Source: Geosiphon pyriformis uo1 (taxonomy: Eukaryota; Fungi; Glomeromycota). Taken from it: a stretch of DNA of 64,000 nt. Under the pieces are notes generated by a model, which ran no database searches, was not told where the DNA came from, and saw only the letters and a program-made list of their open reading frames with translations. The translations under genes and the position numbers were made by a program. Shown here in pieces: positions 36,567 through 51,204 of the stretch (position 1 is the stretch's first letter; each line of letters opens with the position of its first letter). The stretch spans positions 124,001-188,000 of the forward strand of contig JAAOMT010000586.1 in NCBI GenBank assembly GCA_016748015.1, in the 5' to 3' direction.

Positions 36567-37550
36567 TGTTATGAGTCAACTGGATAAGGTATGGTGGTAA
36601 TATTTGGTGCTCTAGTTTTGGGTTATCTTTCAAAATTGTCTGTTTTTTCCACTGTGTCAGTGTTATTAGTCTCTAAAGATCTATTTCTGGTTGTGAATTT
36701 ACCTATTGAGTTCTTTGGTTATAAGGCACAGAGTTTGTTTTTTGTTAATTACAACGTTTTTCATAAATGTGAGCTTTCTTCTCTGCACTAACAAATGCAG
36801 TTGTTAGGGTCCAGCATTGTCTTTTTGCCCTTCTGGTAAGCTACCAAGATAATGTTAATATCTAAAACTTAGGAGGAGCTTCCCTTTTTTATTAGGCTAT
36901 CATGAAGTCTATTCTAAGACAGTTAATTTTCCTATGTTGCCACTTCAAAAAAAAAATAAAAATAAAAAAAAAAAAAAAAAAAAAGAATTAGTTCCCATCA
37001 ATTGCCATGATCAAGAGTGATTGATCCAAATCATTTTTAAGGGTTCGAGGCATTTATGCCAATGGCATCTGTTCCAGAACAAAAATAGGAAATACTGATT
37101 TCAATTTCAGTTAAAATCTGTAAGATTGGAGAACATAAATTGGTAAATTGAATTTGGTTTTGATAATTTATTGTATTTCAGACTATGGATATATGATAAG
37201 TATACTACAAAGTAAAATTGATTCTTTACTAACTGTCTTTCTACTTACTACAACTACTCACTTTTATACTTTCTTTTGGTTTTACAGGATTGCTTCTGAT
37301 TGTTTTGTTATTGCTAACTATTGCTTTGTTATTTCTGTTATTGCTTCTTTCTTTTACATTATTACTAGTTATTTTATATTATAACATGTTATTCTGTATT
37401 ATCTTGTATTATAACATGTTATTCTGCACTATCCTAAGTTATAATACATTATCTAACGTTATTGTGTGCTATTGTGTGCTATTTTGTGCTATGTCACATT
37501 CTGATCACATTACTTCCTAACTTCAGATCAGTTTTTCTACTTGGGTAACA
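36567..37550 (-). repeat. 5' LTR of element F
   Basis: TGTTATGAG...GGGTAACA with adjacent PBS TGGTGCTCTTTGTGAAG. Confidence 0.93.
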
Positions 37551-37644
37551 CCAGCAACCAACTATTAACAAAATTAGCCTTCAACTTTTATGTTAATGAA
37601 AGAATTAAATATTTTTTAAGTGAACCAATAAATACAGAATCCAT

Positions 37645-38471
37645 TATTATAAGTGATTATTTGAGGTCTTAAATTAAATAACAAACTCATAACTTGGTGC
37701 TCTATTGTTATTACAGTTGATAATATTTGAAGATGTTATGACCTGAAGGATTTGGTTAAGTCTTTTGTATAATGGATAAAGATTTAATTGATAGTTTTAT
37801 TCATAGCTTTCCGAAACTGCAGTTTTGTCAATTTCTTTCTCGACATAATGGCTGGTAATCTTCCTGATAAGATATTCTCAATTCTAAGTGTTTATTTTTA
37901 TTCCTGGGTCTTTTACCAGTGCTATATCCTGATGTTAATATCTTTGTGTGTAAATCTTTTTAAGCAAGTTAGCAAAATAATAATGAAAATAAAGCAAGAA
38001 AAAGAAATAAAAAAATAAACCAAGACTATTTACACATTAGTATTCTGTCAATAGTTATGATCAAGAGCTATTGTTCCAGTATAGTCAGGTATGTATAACT
38101 ATCAACATAAAGTGTTGATAGTGAAAAGTAAATTGAGATAGTGAATAATTATTTATTGATATTTGTGTTATAGAAAAGTTGTTTAGATCAAATCTAAACT
38201 AAGAAGTCTGTCTTTTTTTACTTCTAATGCTATCACTATATATACATAATTAAGATTCCTCAATTTCTCAATTTTTCACACCAGAAATCCTGCAATTCCT
38301 TTGAAAGGAATCTTGGAATTCTGGAATCCTGCAATTTCTTATATGAAAATTTTGAAATTTCTGGAATTCTGCAATTCCTTTAAAAAAAATCCTGGAATTT
38401 CACATTTACTATGTCTATTTCTGATTGGCTAATTTATGTGCTAATATACTTTTTATATTCTATGAGTAACA
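37645..38471 (-). repeat. 3' LTR of element G
   Basis: Family A LTR in reverse; decayed left terminus TATTATAAGTGATTATT. Confidence 0.9.
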
Positions 38472-39165
38472 TTATTTTCTCTTTTTTAATATTGAGTTTC
38501 ATTAAGATCTTCTAATTTTAATTCTTTATCTTTGAGTATTTCTTGAATCTTTTTTTCGAGAATTACTTGTGTTATCTGGTTTTGTAATTTTTCAAATTGG
38601 ATATTGGTTATTTTTCCCATTTGGTTAACAATAATAGAATCCATTAGTAGATTTAGTAAGATTTCTGATCAGTCTTAAAATCCAGTATATAGTCTATAAA
38701 TAGCTCTTGCTTGTGTGGTCAAATTGTTTTTTTCCACAAATTGTTCTAGTTGTTGTAGTATTTTTGTGTCAAATAATCATTTTGTTTTATCTGTGTATAA
38801 ATTCTGAATATTCAAGTGTTGTCTTAAGTAAAAGTAACAATAGTTTCTTGGAAATTTTTGTATCTACCACTTCCAAGTTTCTATAGTCAACTCTTAATAT
38901 TGTGTGACTTTTGGTTGTGCTTCTATTACTAATTTTACTTTTGTAATTATTTTGTCAATAGTGTTTTCTGTTTTTCTCTGTATTTTATCTCATGGTTTTT
39001 TTCTGGTGTTTTTGTATCTGATAATTTGTTAATTAATTGTGATTTCCATTTTTTGTTGTTGGATCAGTTAAAAGAGTTATTGTGCTAAGTGGATATTATC
39101 AGTAATTTTCATTTTCTGATATCTTTTGTCATGTCTACTACATCTTTATATATTTTTTTGGTTGT

Positions 39166-40547
39166 TCAATTTGACATGTTAGTGTCAATAATAATAATTG
39201 GTTCTAGATTTTATGGAATTTCATCTGGTTGGACTAGTATTTTCTGTGCTTTCAGTTGTGGAATATTACTGATAGATGCTAATGCTATATTTTGATATAG
39301 TTTTAGACAATCTCTATGTGCTGCTTTGGTTAAGATTTTGTTGTTCAACCTTAATTTATAAGCTTTATTTTCTAGAATTTCTTCTATATAAAATGGTCCA
39401 TTCTATTTGGGGTCAAATTTTCCACTCCATTGTTTTTCCACTTTGGTATAATGTAAAAGTACTTTGTCTCCAATCTTGAATTTGATTGGTTTATCTGGTA
39501 ATTGGTTATTATGTCTTTCTTTTTGTTTTTCTTGTAACTTTTAGATGTTATTAGCTGCTCTTTGTCATTTGTTTTCTTGTGTTTTCATTAAGTTATATGT
39601 TCTTCTCAACAATGTTTTTTGAAAATTCTCTTCTGTTATTGGTTCTGTTGGATATGTTTTGACTTTTATTTTAACTGGTAATGTTGCTGTTCTACTGTAT
39701 ATTAATTCAAATGGTGTTGCTTGTGTAGTGTTTTACTTTATTGTTTAGTAAGCAAATAATACTAATGGTACAAACAAATCCCATTCATCCTGGTTTTTTT
39801 GGCTGATCTTGGCAATTGTTTCACACAATGTTCTGTTAAACCTTTCAACTAGCTCATTTGTTTGTGGATGGTATGGTGATAATAATGGTCTTTTTATCCT
39901 AAATCTTTGACTTAATTCTGTTAATGTTCTATTTACAAAGTAAGTTTCTTGATCTGATAATAGTTTTTTTGGATATTCATGTTAACAGATCAAATCTTAA
40001 TGAACAAATTTGGCAATGGATTCTGCATCTGCTTTTTGAATGGCTTTTGCTTCTGGCCATTTAGTAAAATAGTTCATGGCTATTGCAATATATCTGTTGT
40101 CTTTGCTGGTTATTGTTAATAATTCGACTAAATTAATTTTAATGTGATCAAATAATTGTTCTACTTTGATTGGTTTTAATGGTTTCCTGGGTTTTGTTCT
40201 TCTTTTTCTCTGATAAGCATTACAATTTTAAACATATTGAATGATGTTTGGATACATTGATGACCAATAGTATCTTTTTCTGATTTTTTTTATGGTTGCT
40301 TCTTTGTGAAAATGTCCTGCTGTTGGATCTGAGTGCATGTTAAATAATATTGTCTCTTTTTCTGGTTCTGTAATTACTCTGGTTGGTTAATCTGGATTTC
40401 TTTTGTTCTTTTAGTAAAGTATATTTTGATGGTTAATAAAATATTTTGATTGTTGTTTTATGTTATTTTGCTCTTTTGAAATAATTTTTCCTTGAACAAT
40501 TGGGTATTTATATAATGTTAGAATTGTTGGTATTTTTGTATATTCAT
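39166..40547 (-). pseudogene. int: Element G ORF2 integrase
   Basis: ATG 40547 (MNIQKYQQ); MHSDPTAGHFHKEAT; collinear with element B integrase. Confidence 0.85.
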
Positions 40548-40576
40548 CTTTGGTTATGTTTTGGGTTAAAATATTC

Positions 40577-43500
40577 TTAGATTTGTTTTATTTGTGACAA
40601 ACCATTAGCATTTTTTTTTTCTTTTTCTTTTTTGTAATGTATGATATAATTATATAGTAAAAGTTCTATTTTCTATCTGACATGACAATTGTCTCTAAAT
40701 TTTTGCTTCTGAATTGAAGTCAATCTTTTGTGATCAGTATACATATTAAACTTTTGACTTAAATCTTCTTTTCATTTGATAACAGCCCAATAGATAGCTA
40801 AGTGTTCTAATGCTAAAGTTCTATAATTTTTTTCAGTTGAACTTAAGCTTCTGCTGGTATAAGCTACTGGGTGTTCTTGTCCATCTGGTTTTTTCTGAGA
40901 TAGTACCACTTCTAATGCTTGACCAGATATATCAGTAGTAATAATAAATGGTTTGTTGTGATCTGAATAAATTAATACTGGGGCTTGAATAAATTTTCTT
41001 CTCAGTATGTCAAAAGCTTTTTGTTGAGTTTCAGTCTATTTGTATTTGGTGTTTTTTGTTTGAAGTTTGTGTAATAGTTGAGCTATTTTGGAAAAATCTT
41101 TGATAAATTGGCAGTAGTATCCAGCAAATTCTAAGAATGCTCTTAATTCTGTAAGATTATTTGATATTGGAAAGTTTTTAACAATCTCAATCTTATTTGG
41201 ATCTGTTTTGATACCATTTTTGCTCACAACATGTCCCAAAAACTTGAGTTCAGTTTTTCCAAAGAAACATTTGATTGCATTTAGTTTTAATTCAGTTCTT
41301 CTTAGTGTTTTAAATACTTGTTGAAGATGGTGCAAATAATCATCAAATGTTTTAGAAAATATGTTGGTGTCATTCAAATATACTACTACTGATTTCCATA
41401 GCAATTTAGTATAGATAATTTCTATAAGCTGTTGAAATGTGGCTGAGACATTCATCAAACCAAATGGCATTACCTTAAATTTGAAATTTTTTTCTTGAGT
41501 TATAAAAGCTGTTTTCTCTTTATCTTTTGGTTTCATGGCTACTTGCCAATAACTACTGTCTAGATCTAAAGTTAAGAACTATTTCTTTCCTCTAAAAGCA
41601 TTAAACAGTTCTTGAATCTTTGGAGTTGGGTAGTTATATCTTTGGTTACTTTATTCAATTTCCGGTAATCTATACAAAAATGGATTTTCTTATTTTTCTT
41701 ACAGACTAGTACCATTGGTAATGATCATGGACTTATTAATGGCTAAATTAGTCTATTGTTGAGCATCTAATTGATTTCTTGATGAATAATCTTATGGCTG
41801 GCTGGTGGTACTCTGTATGCTTTTTGTTTAATTGGCATTATATTTCTAGTCTTAATCTAATGCTGAATTATGTCAGTTCTGCCAAATTTGTTTTTACTGG
41901 CAAAGATGTTATTGAAGTTGTTAAGTAATATCTTGAGCTATATATATTATAGTGGGTCTAGATTTCCCAAGTTCATTTGTTTCAATTGTTTTGATTAGAG
42001 CAAATAACATTTTTTTTGTCTATATATTGTTTGAGATGTGATATCCACATATCTACACAGTTATGAAAAATCTGGAATGGTGTTTAGCAATTGGTCCTCA
42101 ATTTTGGTGGTTAAATATCTAATAGTAGTTTCTTCTGGTATTTTGATAATGTTTTCTATATTGTTGTAAATAAAAATTTTGATGTGACTGTGATTCTTGG
42201 CTGGTATGTGTAAGTTAACTAATACAATTTCTTCTAATTCACAAAGAGTTGCTTTGGTCTCAAAAATCTGAATCTGATCTTTTACTTTTCTCTTTATGGT
42301 TACCATGTACTGGTCATATGGTAAAATGGAAATTGATTGACAGATGGAGATAATTTCTCTCTTGTTAATAATTTCTTTCTCAGCCATATTAACTGGTATA
42401 TCTATTCTACCTGTGGATCTAAAACTCTATCTCTCTAGCTGTAATCCTTAATTTTTTTTTGTTTTTTACTGATACTAATTGAGCTATTTTAACCAGAGAC
42501 AGAAATATTGTCTGTGCTATTTTTTTGTTTGGCTCTATGATATAAGCCTTTTTTGAGTTATTTTGTAGCATTGCAATAATATTTCTCACATATCCTGCAT
42601 CAATTATTCCTTCTCTGATATTGATTTTTTTTTTGTTAAACTACTCCTAAATGCTAGTTGAACCATTGTTGTTGCTGGGATTTTCAGTGCTACTTTGAGA
42701 TTAATGCAGGTGTGTGAATGTGATTCCAATTTAATGGCATTTTTTTCTAGATATTTCAGATCAAATCCTGCATCAGTATCATGCATGCATTCTGGCATAA
42801 TATCTTCATTATTATTGCTAAACCATCTCAGTTTCTGCTCCTTGGTAAGGTTAAGAAGTATAATGTATTGTGTGGAGTTTGAATTTGAGTTTGAATCATT
42901 GTTATCACTATTGCCAATTTGAATGGAGCTGGAACTATTGTTATTGTCATCATTATTGTTGAAGTTTGAATCAGGATTGAATGATAATTCTGATTCTGAT
43001 ATGCAGCTGCTGATTGGTTTGTCTTCTTCTGTAATCATGTAGACCATGCGTGGTGGTAGATTGTAGATAAAATTATACTCATTACAATACTGGAAGTCAT
43101 ATGGGATCAAACAGTAGTCACATAATTGGGTGTTTATTTCTTCCAAATGTTGCTTTTGTTCTTCTCTTGTTGGTGCCAAGCACTGATAGTGTTCATGAAA
43201 TTCTTTAGGATTGTCCTCAATGTTGCCAAAAACATTGAACATTTGGACATATTTGGGTTTAGGAAATGATAAGGGGTTGTTTTTGATTTCCAGTAGTTCA
43301 CTGGTCATTGCATCTTCTGCTTTTGTGCTTGCCATTCTCCAGATCTTATGTTTGTTATGAGAATATCTTTCCAGTTATTGCAATACTTTTTTCCATGCAT
43401 CGTCAATTGAAGTTTTTTTGTATACCCAGTCATTTATTAAGATAATATATTGACACATTTTATCACATGTTCCTCTATGTTCAGGAATGTTATTTCATAT

Positions 43501-45071
43501 TTCTTCATTAGACAAGATTGTTCCACAGGCTAAACAAGATTTATTGTCCCATTTTTTTTGCCTTTTTGGTCTTCCAAACCATTTCAGAACACATGGGCAG
43601 TAATAGAACTTGGTTGTGGTAGAGTATTCCTTATTATTGCCACAACACATGTCTATTAACAACAATTTCTTATTGCAATCAACACATACTAGTTTCAGTC
43701 AATAATAATTAGACTGGTGTGATGAAGAGTAGGTATATGGTGTATAAGTGAAAGTAGTGGTTGGTGCTAATTTTTCTTCTTTCTCTTTTTTTTTTCTTTT
43801 TCTTCTCAAGTCCAAATTGGTGGCTGTTTACTTTGGTTGTTATTATTCCAATAACTTTGGATGGTTTTTCAGGTATGTTTTTTTTTTCTTTTTTTCTTTT
43901 TTTTGTTGTCTTATGATAGTATTAGTGGTAATTTGTTGTGGTCAGCATTGGTCCAGGAAATTTGGTATGCTTCTCATGTAGGTTTTTCTTCTTTGTTGTT
44001 GAACTTAATGAGTGGTGCTGGCACATTGTTACTGGATTTAAAATGATCACATGTTGTTGGTACTTGTGTGTATCATCTATTCTGACTGAGTTGCAATTTC
44101 TGAGTGGTCCAGTTAAGTGTTGTATTTGTTTTGAACAGCCAATCATTACCAATGAGTGCCTGGTATTGAGTGGCTTCCATGACTAATATCTTAATTGGTA
44201 CAATAATGCCATTAACTTCTATAAAGAAGTCATCAATCTTGCCAATTGAAGTTTTGGTTACTTCATTGGCTGTTATGATTCTGGTGCTAGTAGTGCAATC
44301 AACTCGGTGACTTAATTGGTCTATGAGTTGTTATGTAATGATGCTGCCTGCTGAACTACTATTTAGGATCAGTTTTATGGCCTGATCATCAACTTTAGCA
44401 TTGGTGCACATGGCAGTAATAGGTTTTTTTTTGAATACAGCTCCACTGAACAATGGTGTTTGTGATGGTTCTTCAAATTCAAATGAGAAAATTGCTGCTA
44501 ATAATTTGTTATTGGTTATAGTGGCTAGAGATATGTTGCTGGTAAATGATTTGTTTTGGTTGGGTTTCTGGTTGTTGGATGAGGTGTTTTTTGGAGTAAC
44601 CAGAAGACTTAAATAGTATTGGAAATTTGGATTTTGGGTGTATTTAGTCTCCAAATTCTGAGAGCATGTTTCTGATTGTTGAGTAAAAAAGCTGAAAATT
44701 GGTTAATGGACAATCATCACCAATCTCCAGTTTTGTTGTGTCATTTTTGGCCTTTGTGTTCCAGTTTGAGGTAAGTTTTGTGGTGGTGTTTGAATTTGTT
44801 AAGGCTGGTATATTATTTGCAACTGTGGCTAATAAATGATGGGTGTTATCAGCTGATAAATTGGGGCTTGATATACTGGTAGTTAATAAATTGGCTGTTG
44901 TATCATTTGAGTGTAATGAAATAAGTATTAATCTTGATTTAAGTATTGATTTGGAGTTTAAAACCTGCAATTAGGGTTTTAATATTGATTTTTTAATTAT
45001 GGATTATTATTATAAAAATGGCAGTCAATTTTCAAATGGCTTTTTTTACCACAATTATGGCAGATACACAT
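40577..45071 (-). pseudogene. gag-pol: Element G ORF1 (CCHC to RNase H)
   Basis: 44331..44654 protease start, 42604..43335 Cys module plus DAGFDL, 41036..41536 RT. Confidence 0.9.
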
Positions 45072-45946
45072 TGTTATGGTTTAAGAATTTAGCAAAAGAA
45101 TCATAAAAATAATATAAACTATTTAATCATAATATAGTGCAGTAATAATCTTAGAAAGGTAATAATTAATATAGTAGCAAACACCATTTTGTGATAGTGG
45201 CAAGCACCAGTTCACAATAGCAGCCAATACCAATTGGTGATAGCAGCAAACACCAGGTTAAAATATCAAAAAGAAAGTATTACAATGTGTTTTCTCATAG
45301 AACTACAAACATGTATATATACAGTAGCTTTAATATTGAGAAATGTCAATAAAGTAATAAAAATCATAACTTATTAAGCAATAGATCCAATTTATCCAAC
45401 AAACTCTACTTTAAATTATACCTTTAAATTAAATATCCCAAGAAACCTTTAAATCAAAAAAAAATGAAAAAAAATATTTAAAACTGAATTATCACAACCC
45501 CAAAGTAGTAAGAAACTCATTTGAATTAATTATTGAATGAAACTAACATTCATCAGTTGAATTCTTTGGAAGAATAATTTCTGATCAAGATTATTTACGT
45601 TGTTACTAATTAATAAAAGCTTTATTGTGAGAATTAGGAAAAGTGCTAAAGACTATTAACATTCTGTGTTTCTAGATTAGAGAAACACATTAGACAATTG
45701 CAAAGATAGCCTCAGAGAAAACCCCAAACAGCAGGTAAATTTCAGCTCAGCCTCTAAGAAAAAGTATATAAACACACACAACAATCAGGAATTGAGAAAT
45801 AACTTATATCATAACATTAAAAAGAAAGCCTTCAGTATAACAAGTGACATTATCACACAAATAGAATTGAGGAACTCATGAGAAACTGATTGCAATTAAA
45901 ACAGAATATTGGCAATTAAATATACCAAAAAAACCATTCTGTAACA
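45072..45946 (+). repeat. 5' LTR of element H
   Basis: TGTTATGGTTTAAG...CTGTAACA; homologous to 51582-52447. Confidence 0.93.
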
Positions 45947-46028
45947 TTTGGTGAACCTTACGAGGGAAGAAAATCAAAAAAGAAATAATAATTAGCAATA
46001 ATTCATTGCTAAAAAGAAAGAGATAAAA

Positions 46029-49000
46029 GTGGTGACAAAAACTCTTAATCTTACTATTTTTGAATTCTGCCATGCTATTTACACACAAAATCAAAGTGAT
46101 CTTGGATTACCAGAAGGGTGTTGTCCAGCAAAATCTGCTCTCATTTATTATATCAATGCCAGAATAAATTATCATATAGGAAAGGAAGAAGAACCACATG
46201 ATGCAAAACTTGGATTGTATAGAGAATTATTACAATACACTACAAAGAAAGTAGCAGTAATAGCCGCAACTATTGTCAAAATCCATCAAGAAATTGAGCA
46301 ATACGCCAACAAAAATTTTCTAATATCCACAGGAAACACTAGAGAATGTGCCAACAAAACCAAAGAAAATTTAGAAACTAATCAGGAAAGTAACCAGCAA
46401 AAACTAGGAACACCTGCTCAAATACCCAAAAAAACTGTCACTTAATCAATAAAAAAACAATGTATTTATTTACCAGAAGATAAATCATATCATTTTTTAC
46501 CAGAAAATAAGATACAAATTCCATTAGGAGCTGCATTATTATCAACATCAACTCCACAAACGCCAAGAACTCCTAGTTATACTGATAAAATTAAACAATG
46601 TAACTGGAAAGACATACCAATTACAAGAGGATATTTATCGCTATTCCAAAACCCTCTTTTTCAGCCAAAATTTGAAATGGGGTTTGAAAACCGTGAAGAG
46701 AAGTCTGAATCAGAATCTGAAAAAAAGACCAGCAAAAAAACAATCACAAGACTGGTCACTGAAACAAGCAGCCAGTCTAGAAACCAAGAAACTTGTGATT
46801 AAGAAGAAGAACTGGATATAAGAGAAGCCACTTTTAAGAATGCTCAAGGAAATATCATCCCACTTTCTCTTAGACCAATAAGCCCATCAGCAGAAAATGG
46901 CAACAAAATGGCCACACTATACATTGCAAGACTAACAGATTTCTCAGAAGAGGAAGAAGAAACAGACATGTATATGTGGCTCAGAGAAGTGCAAAAAGCC
47001 ATTTAGGCAAATAACTGAAATGACCAAAGAGCAATTTAAACATTACTTTTCTTTCTGAAAGACAGAGCCGACTTGTGGTATCAAAGTCTGGAAACAAAAC
47101 CCACGAGCTTCACCAAATTTAAAAATGCACTCCTGGAGTATTTTAGTGACCCAAACGTCATAATCCAATTACAGAATGAATTCAATACTATCAAGCAAGG
47201 TACTGGTAAAACTGTCACCCAATACTTTGCTCGATTCAATTGAATTTGCTATCAGATTAAAGTGATTGAACAAGGATACTACACTAATTCTCAGATTTTA
47301 AATCAGTTTATTAGAGGATTAAAAAGCAGTATTTTAGGAAGAGTATGCCCTGCCCACCCTAATTCCTTATCAGAAGCCGTTACGCTTGCCAAAGCCCTTG
47401 AATCAGCTAAGAAAGAAGCTAACCATAGTCAAATAGTTAATATGGTAATGGAGAAAAATAAGACAGAAACATTAGAAAAAAGAATAATACAATTAGGAGA
47501 GAAACTCTCTAAGAAAATAGAAAGTTACCTCATCTTAGATCCAAAAAAAATACATACCAACCATCCCAAAGATGTAGCCAGGAAGTCAGCAACAGTTAAA
47601 ATAATTGCTTGTCATGCCAGAAATTCAGAACAGAAATGCACATCTGCCATTTTTGCAAATGCGTAGGACATTTGATTAGTCAATGTTGAATATGAATAAT
47701 GCAGGAAGCATGCAAAAATAATTATTATGTGCCACCCCAAATGTCCAGAAACCAGTACATGCCAATACTATGCTAATATCTCACCATGTATCAAAATCAA
47801 GGAACTTACTAGCAACAGCCCATGATAGCCAACCCGAATTGGCATTCTGAGCCCTGAAATCAGCCCATGTGGAACCAGAATGTGTTGGTCCAGAGGAATT
47901 CAAACCACACTAGAACCAGTCAGTAAACCAATCTAAACTACCAAAATTATCAACAAACTTACCTTAATATACCAGAAAATCTGATCATCAAAAACAATGA
48001 CGGTTGAAACATAAACAAAACCAAAAATTTCTCCAACAAATTGAGCCAAACAATACTATCAGCAGTTGTCACTGAAGATAGCAGCCTCATAGCTATTTTT
48101 TCTTTTGAATTAGAGGAAAATGAGGCTATGTTCAGTGGAGCAGCATTGGACAGAAAATGCCCAATCACTGTTATGTATATGGAAGCCACTGTAAACAATA
48201 CTCCAATCAAACTTATCTTAGATAGTGGATCCGCTAAAAGCATTATAACACTTCAACTAGTAAACCAACTGGGTTTCAAAGTTGATTATGCTGCGACGTC
48301 CCAAATCATAACAGCTGATAGAAATACAAAGCTGCCTCATGGCAAAATTGACTCATTTTCTTTCAAAATTAATGGCATAGTAATATCTACAAAAGTATTA
48401 GTAATAGACATTACATAATATCAAGTATTAATAAAGAATAACTGGCTAACAAAAGCCAACACCACCCTAAACTAGACCACCCAAGAGCTTTTGATCAATT
48501 ATAATGGCCACTAGACCAGAATTCCAGCCACTTGTGGCCACTTTCAAAAACCTAACACCAACTAAAGACCTACCTTCAAATTTGAAAAAAATCCAGCACT
48601 ATCAGCCATTGAAACCTATCAGCTCTCTTGGGCTAATGACCAAAAAACAGGACTACCAGCCATACCAATATGGACCAGTAAAGAAAGATCTGAATGGAAC
48701 CAGATAAGTCCACAAAAAAACCACCAGTGATGCAGACCAAAGCTAGAATGCTCGGTTTGCAAGAAGAAACTCTCATCTATGACTGCATGCAGCATACCAG
48801 ACAAAGACCCAAGAAACCCCATTCACTACTATTATAACCATTGTAACAAAGAAAAATACAGTTACCCAAAAAGACATAAAAAATGGGACAAGGAATTGTG
48901 CCTTGCTTGTGAAGAACCATTACCAAGAGGGTACAACTGGAACAACATACTAGACAGAGAAAGAATATGTGACACAACTTGCCAATACATGATTCTCATC

Positions 49001-51204
49001 TGTGACTGAGTAAGAGGAGGAATACTGTTCGAAGCAGTATTCAACAGAGCATTAAAAAGACTACAGCACTACTTACATGACAAAGACAAATTGTATAACA
49101 CCACACAGGCCAAAGTAAAAAGAGGAACTGCTGAAGAAATATGACGTTGGAAAGAGTCAGCCGAAGTAGCCAATGAAGTTGCCAGCTACAACATATTTGA
49201 CTTAGTAGATGAATTCCAGGACTACTAACAACAACTATGCCTCACTCAACAAGAGCAAGAACAATACTTTGTCCAAATCAACACTTACCTCTGCAAAAAC
49301 TGTCTTATTCTATGCCAAAATCAGTGTTGTAAAAAGTGTCAAGATGAAAGGGACTTAGAAAGAAAAATGGGAATTGAGAATCAGCAGTCTCAAAATCAAT
49401 TAATAAATCAATAAAACTCACTTAATGGTCCCGAGTCAGAAAAATTTGTAGCCTATACTAACCTAAAACAGGTAATCAACATCTGATATTTTGACAATGG
49501 GCACTTAGGAATAATACCTAAAAAAACCCATCCAACCAATGCCAGATTTGATCTACATTATCTAGAAAACAAATTCACAATATTACCACCCAGAAGTATC
49601 ACCAAAATTGACCTGAAAATAGCAGTTGAAATTCTGCCAGGAATAATAATTTAAATAGTGTCATGATTAAGCCTCACAAAAAAAAAATAAGCGTTTAAGG
49701 AAGAGTAATTGACTCTGGATATACTAGAAATTTAATAGTTTTGCTACAGAACAATTCAGAAAAGCCTTATACTATTGAATCTAAGAAAAAAATTGCACAA
49801 GCAATTTTCCTACCATTGGTAAAAATTGGGAAATTTGTGCCAGTGGAAAATCATGAGGAATTGTTACAAACAATGAGAGGAACTTTTGGTTTCAGATCAA
49901 CAGGAAAAGAAATTGAAGCGAATTTCATTGAAACAATAGAGGAAAAAAGCAAAGTAATTAAAACTGAGTGGTCTATCATACTCCTACCATATAAAAAATC
50001 AGAAATAAGAATAAAAAAGACAATTAAAAAAAAAGACCTAATATTTGAGTCCTATCCAGAAACTTGCCAACAGTTTCTTATAGGACTTACTAACCTTTTT
50101 ATTCCAGCTAATAAAGCTCAATAGATAAAAATTCCTATCACAAACACCACAGAAGAACCCATCTATATTCTGGAAGATACCATTATTGAATACCTCAGAA
50201 CGGAACTAGAAAACATGTCAACACCACAAAAAATTCTAAATTTCCCAGAAATCGCCTTCTATTGTGAACTTACTTCAATAAATTGGCAGCAACTATTGGA
50301 ATGCTATCAATTTACGCTAGAAAAATTGCCCAAATTAAACATTGGAACAATGGATCTTAACCAACAGCAACAATTAAAAGCATTAATTTTAAAATACTCT
50401 GATATATTTTCATGAAATAGTGAATTTAGAAGAACCAACTTGGTTCAACACCAAATTTCCACTGGAGATGCCAGACCTGAAAAACAACACACTTACCATG
50501 TCCCACCAATGAAGCATAATTTTATCAGAGAAGAAGTCCAAAACATGTTGGAAAAAGAAATAATTCAATCATCAATGAGCCCATGGTTCTCACCAGTTGT
50601 TTTAGTAAAGAAAAAAAACAAAAAAATTAGATTTTGCATCAACTATCGCAAACTAAACAGCAAAACAACTAAAGACTCATATCCAATACCATTAATTGAT
50701 GAAATCTTTGATGTTTTTGGAGGAACAAAATGGTTTTCTACACTTGACTTGACCAGTGGGTACTGGCAAGTGGAAATGGACCCAAAGGACAGGCATAAAA
50801 CAGCATTCACAACACAAAATGGCAATTATAAGTTCAATGTAATGCCATTTGGATTAACAAATGCTCCTGCGACATTCCAAAGACTAATGAATGTAATTTA
50901 CTCTGAAATTCTATGGCAATTCATTGTTGTCTACTTGGATAATACAAATGTTTTCTCATCAAAATTCACAGATTATCTCCAATATTTGCAACAAGTTTTT
51001 GAGAGATTGAAACATACTGAACTTAAACTAAATCTAGAAAAATGTTTCTTTGGGAAAAATGAGCTAGTATTTTTAGGACACATAGTTGGAAAAGATGGAA
51101 TAAAACCAGATCCATCAAAAATAGACAAAGTGAAAAATTTTCCAGTATCTCAAAATGTTTCAGAAGTTAGAAGCTTTTTAGGATTTGCATTTTACTACTG
51201 CTGC
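46029..51204 (+). pseudogene. gag-pol: Element H ORF1, gag to RT (continues at 61963-62496)
   Basis: GTG start 46029; capsid 47262..47666; LILDSGS 48041..48418; dUTPase ~49500-49910; RT 50440-51204. Confidence 0.9.

Larger units (their letters stand above)
26555..37550 (-). mobile_element. Element F: full-length Gypsy element (LTR family F), TSD CCAG
   Basis: LTRs 26555-27525 and 36567-37550; CCAG at 26551-26554 and 37551-37554; PPT 27526-27541; PBS 36548-36566. Confidence 0.95.
25560..37644 (+). mobile_element. Element E: family A element; only the 5' LTR, PBS and gag start are visible (25560-26554 and 37551-37644), interrupted by F and G
   Basis: LTR 25560-26403 with decayed termini TATTAC...GTAATA; PBS 26404-26421; AAAGTGG at 26463-26469; gag reads LTSNQLLTKLAFNFYVNERI across the F insertion. 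Confidence 0.85.
37645..45071 (-). mobile_element. Element G: family A element from 3' LTR to the gag zinc knuckle, interrupted by element H (5' part outside window)
   Basis: LTR 37645-38471, PPT 38472-38487, ORF3 38486-~39132, IN 39166-40547, ORF1 part 40577-45071 ending at CHNCGKKSH. Confidence 0.9.
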
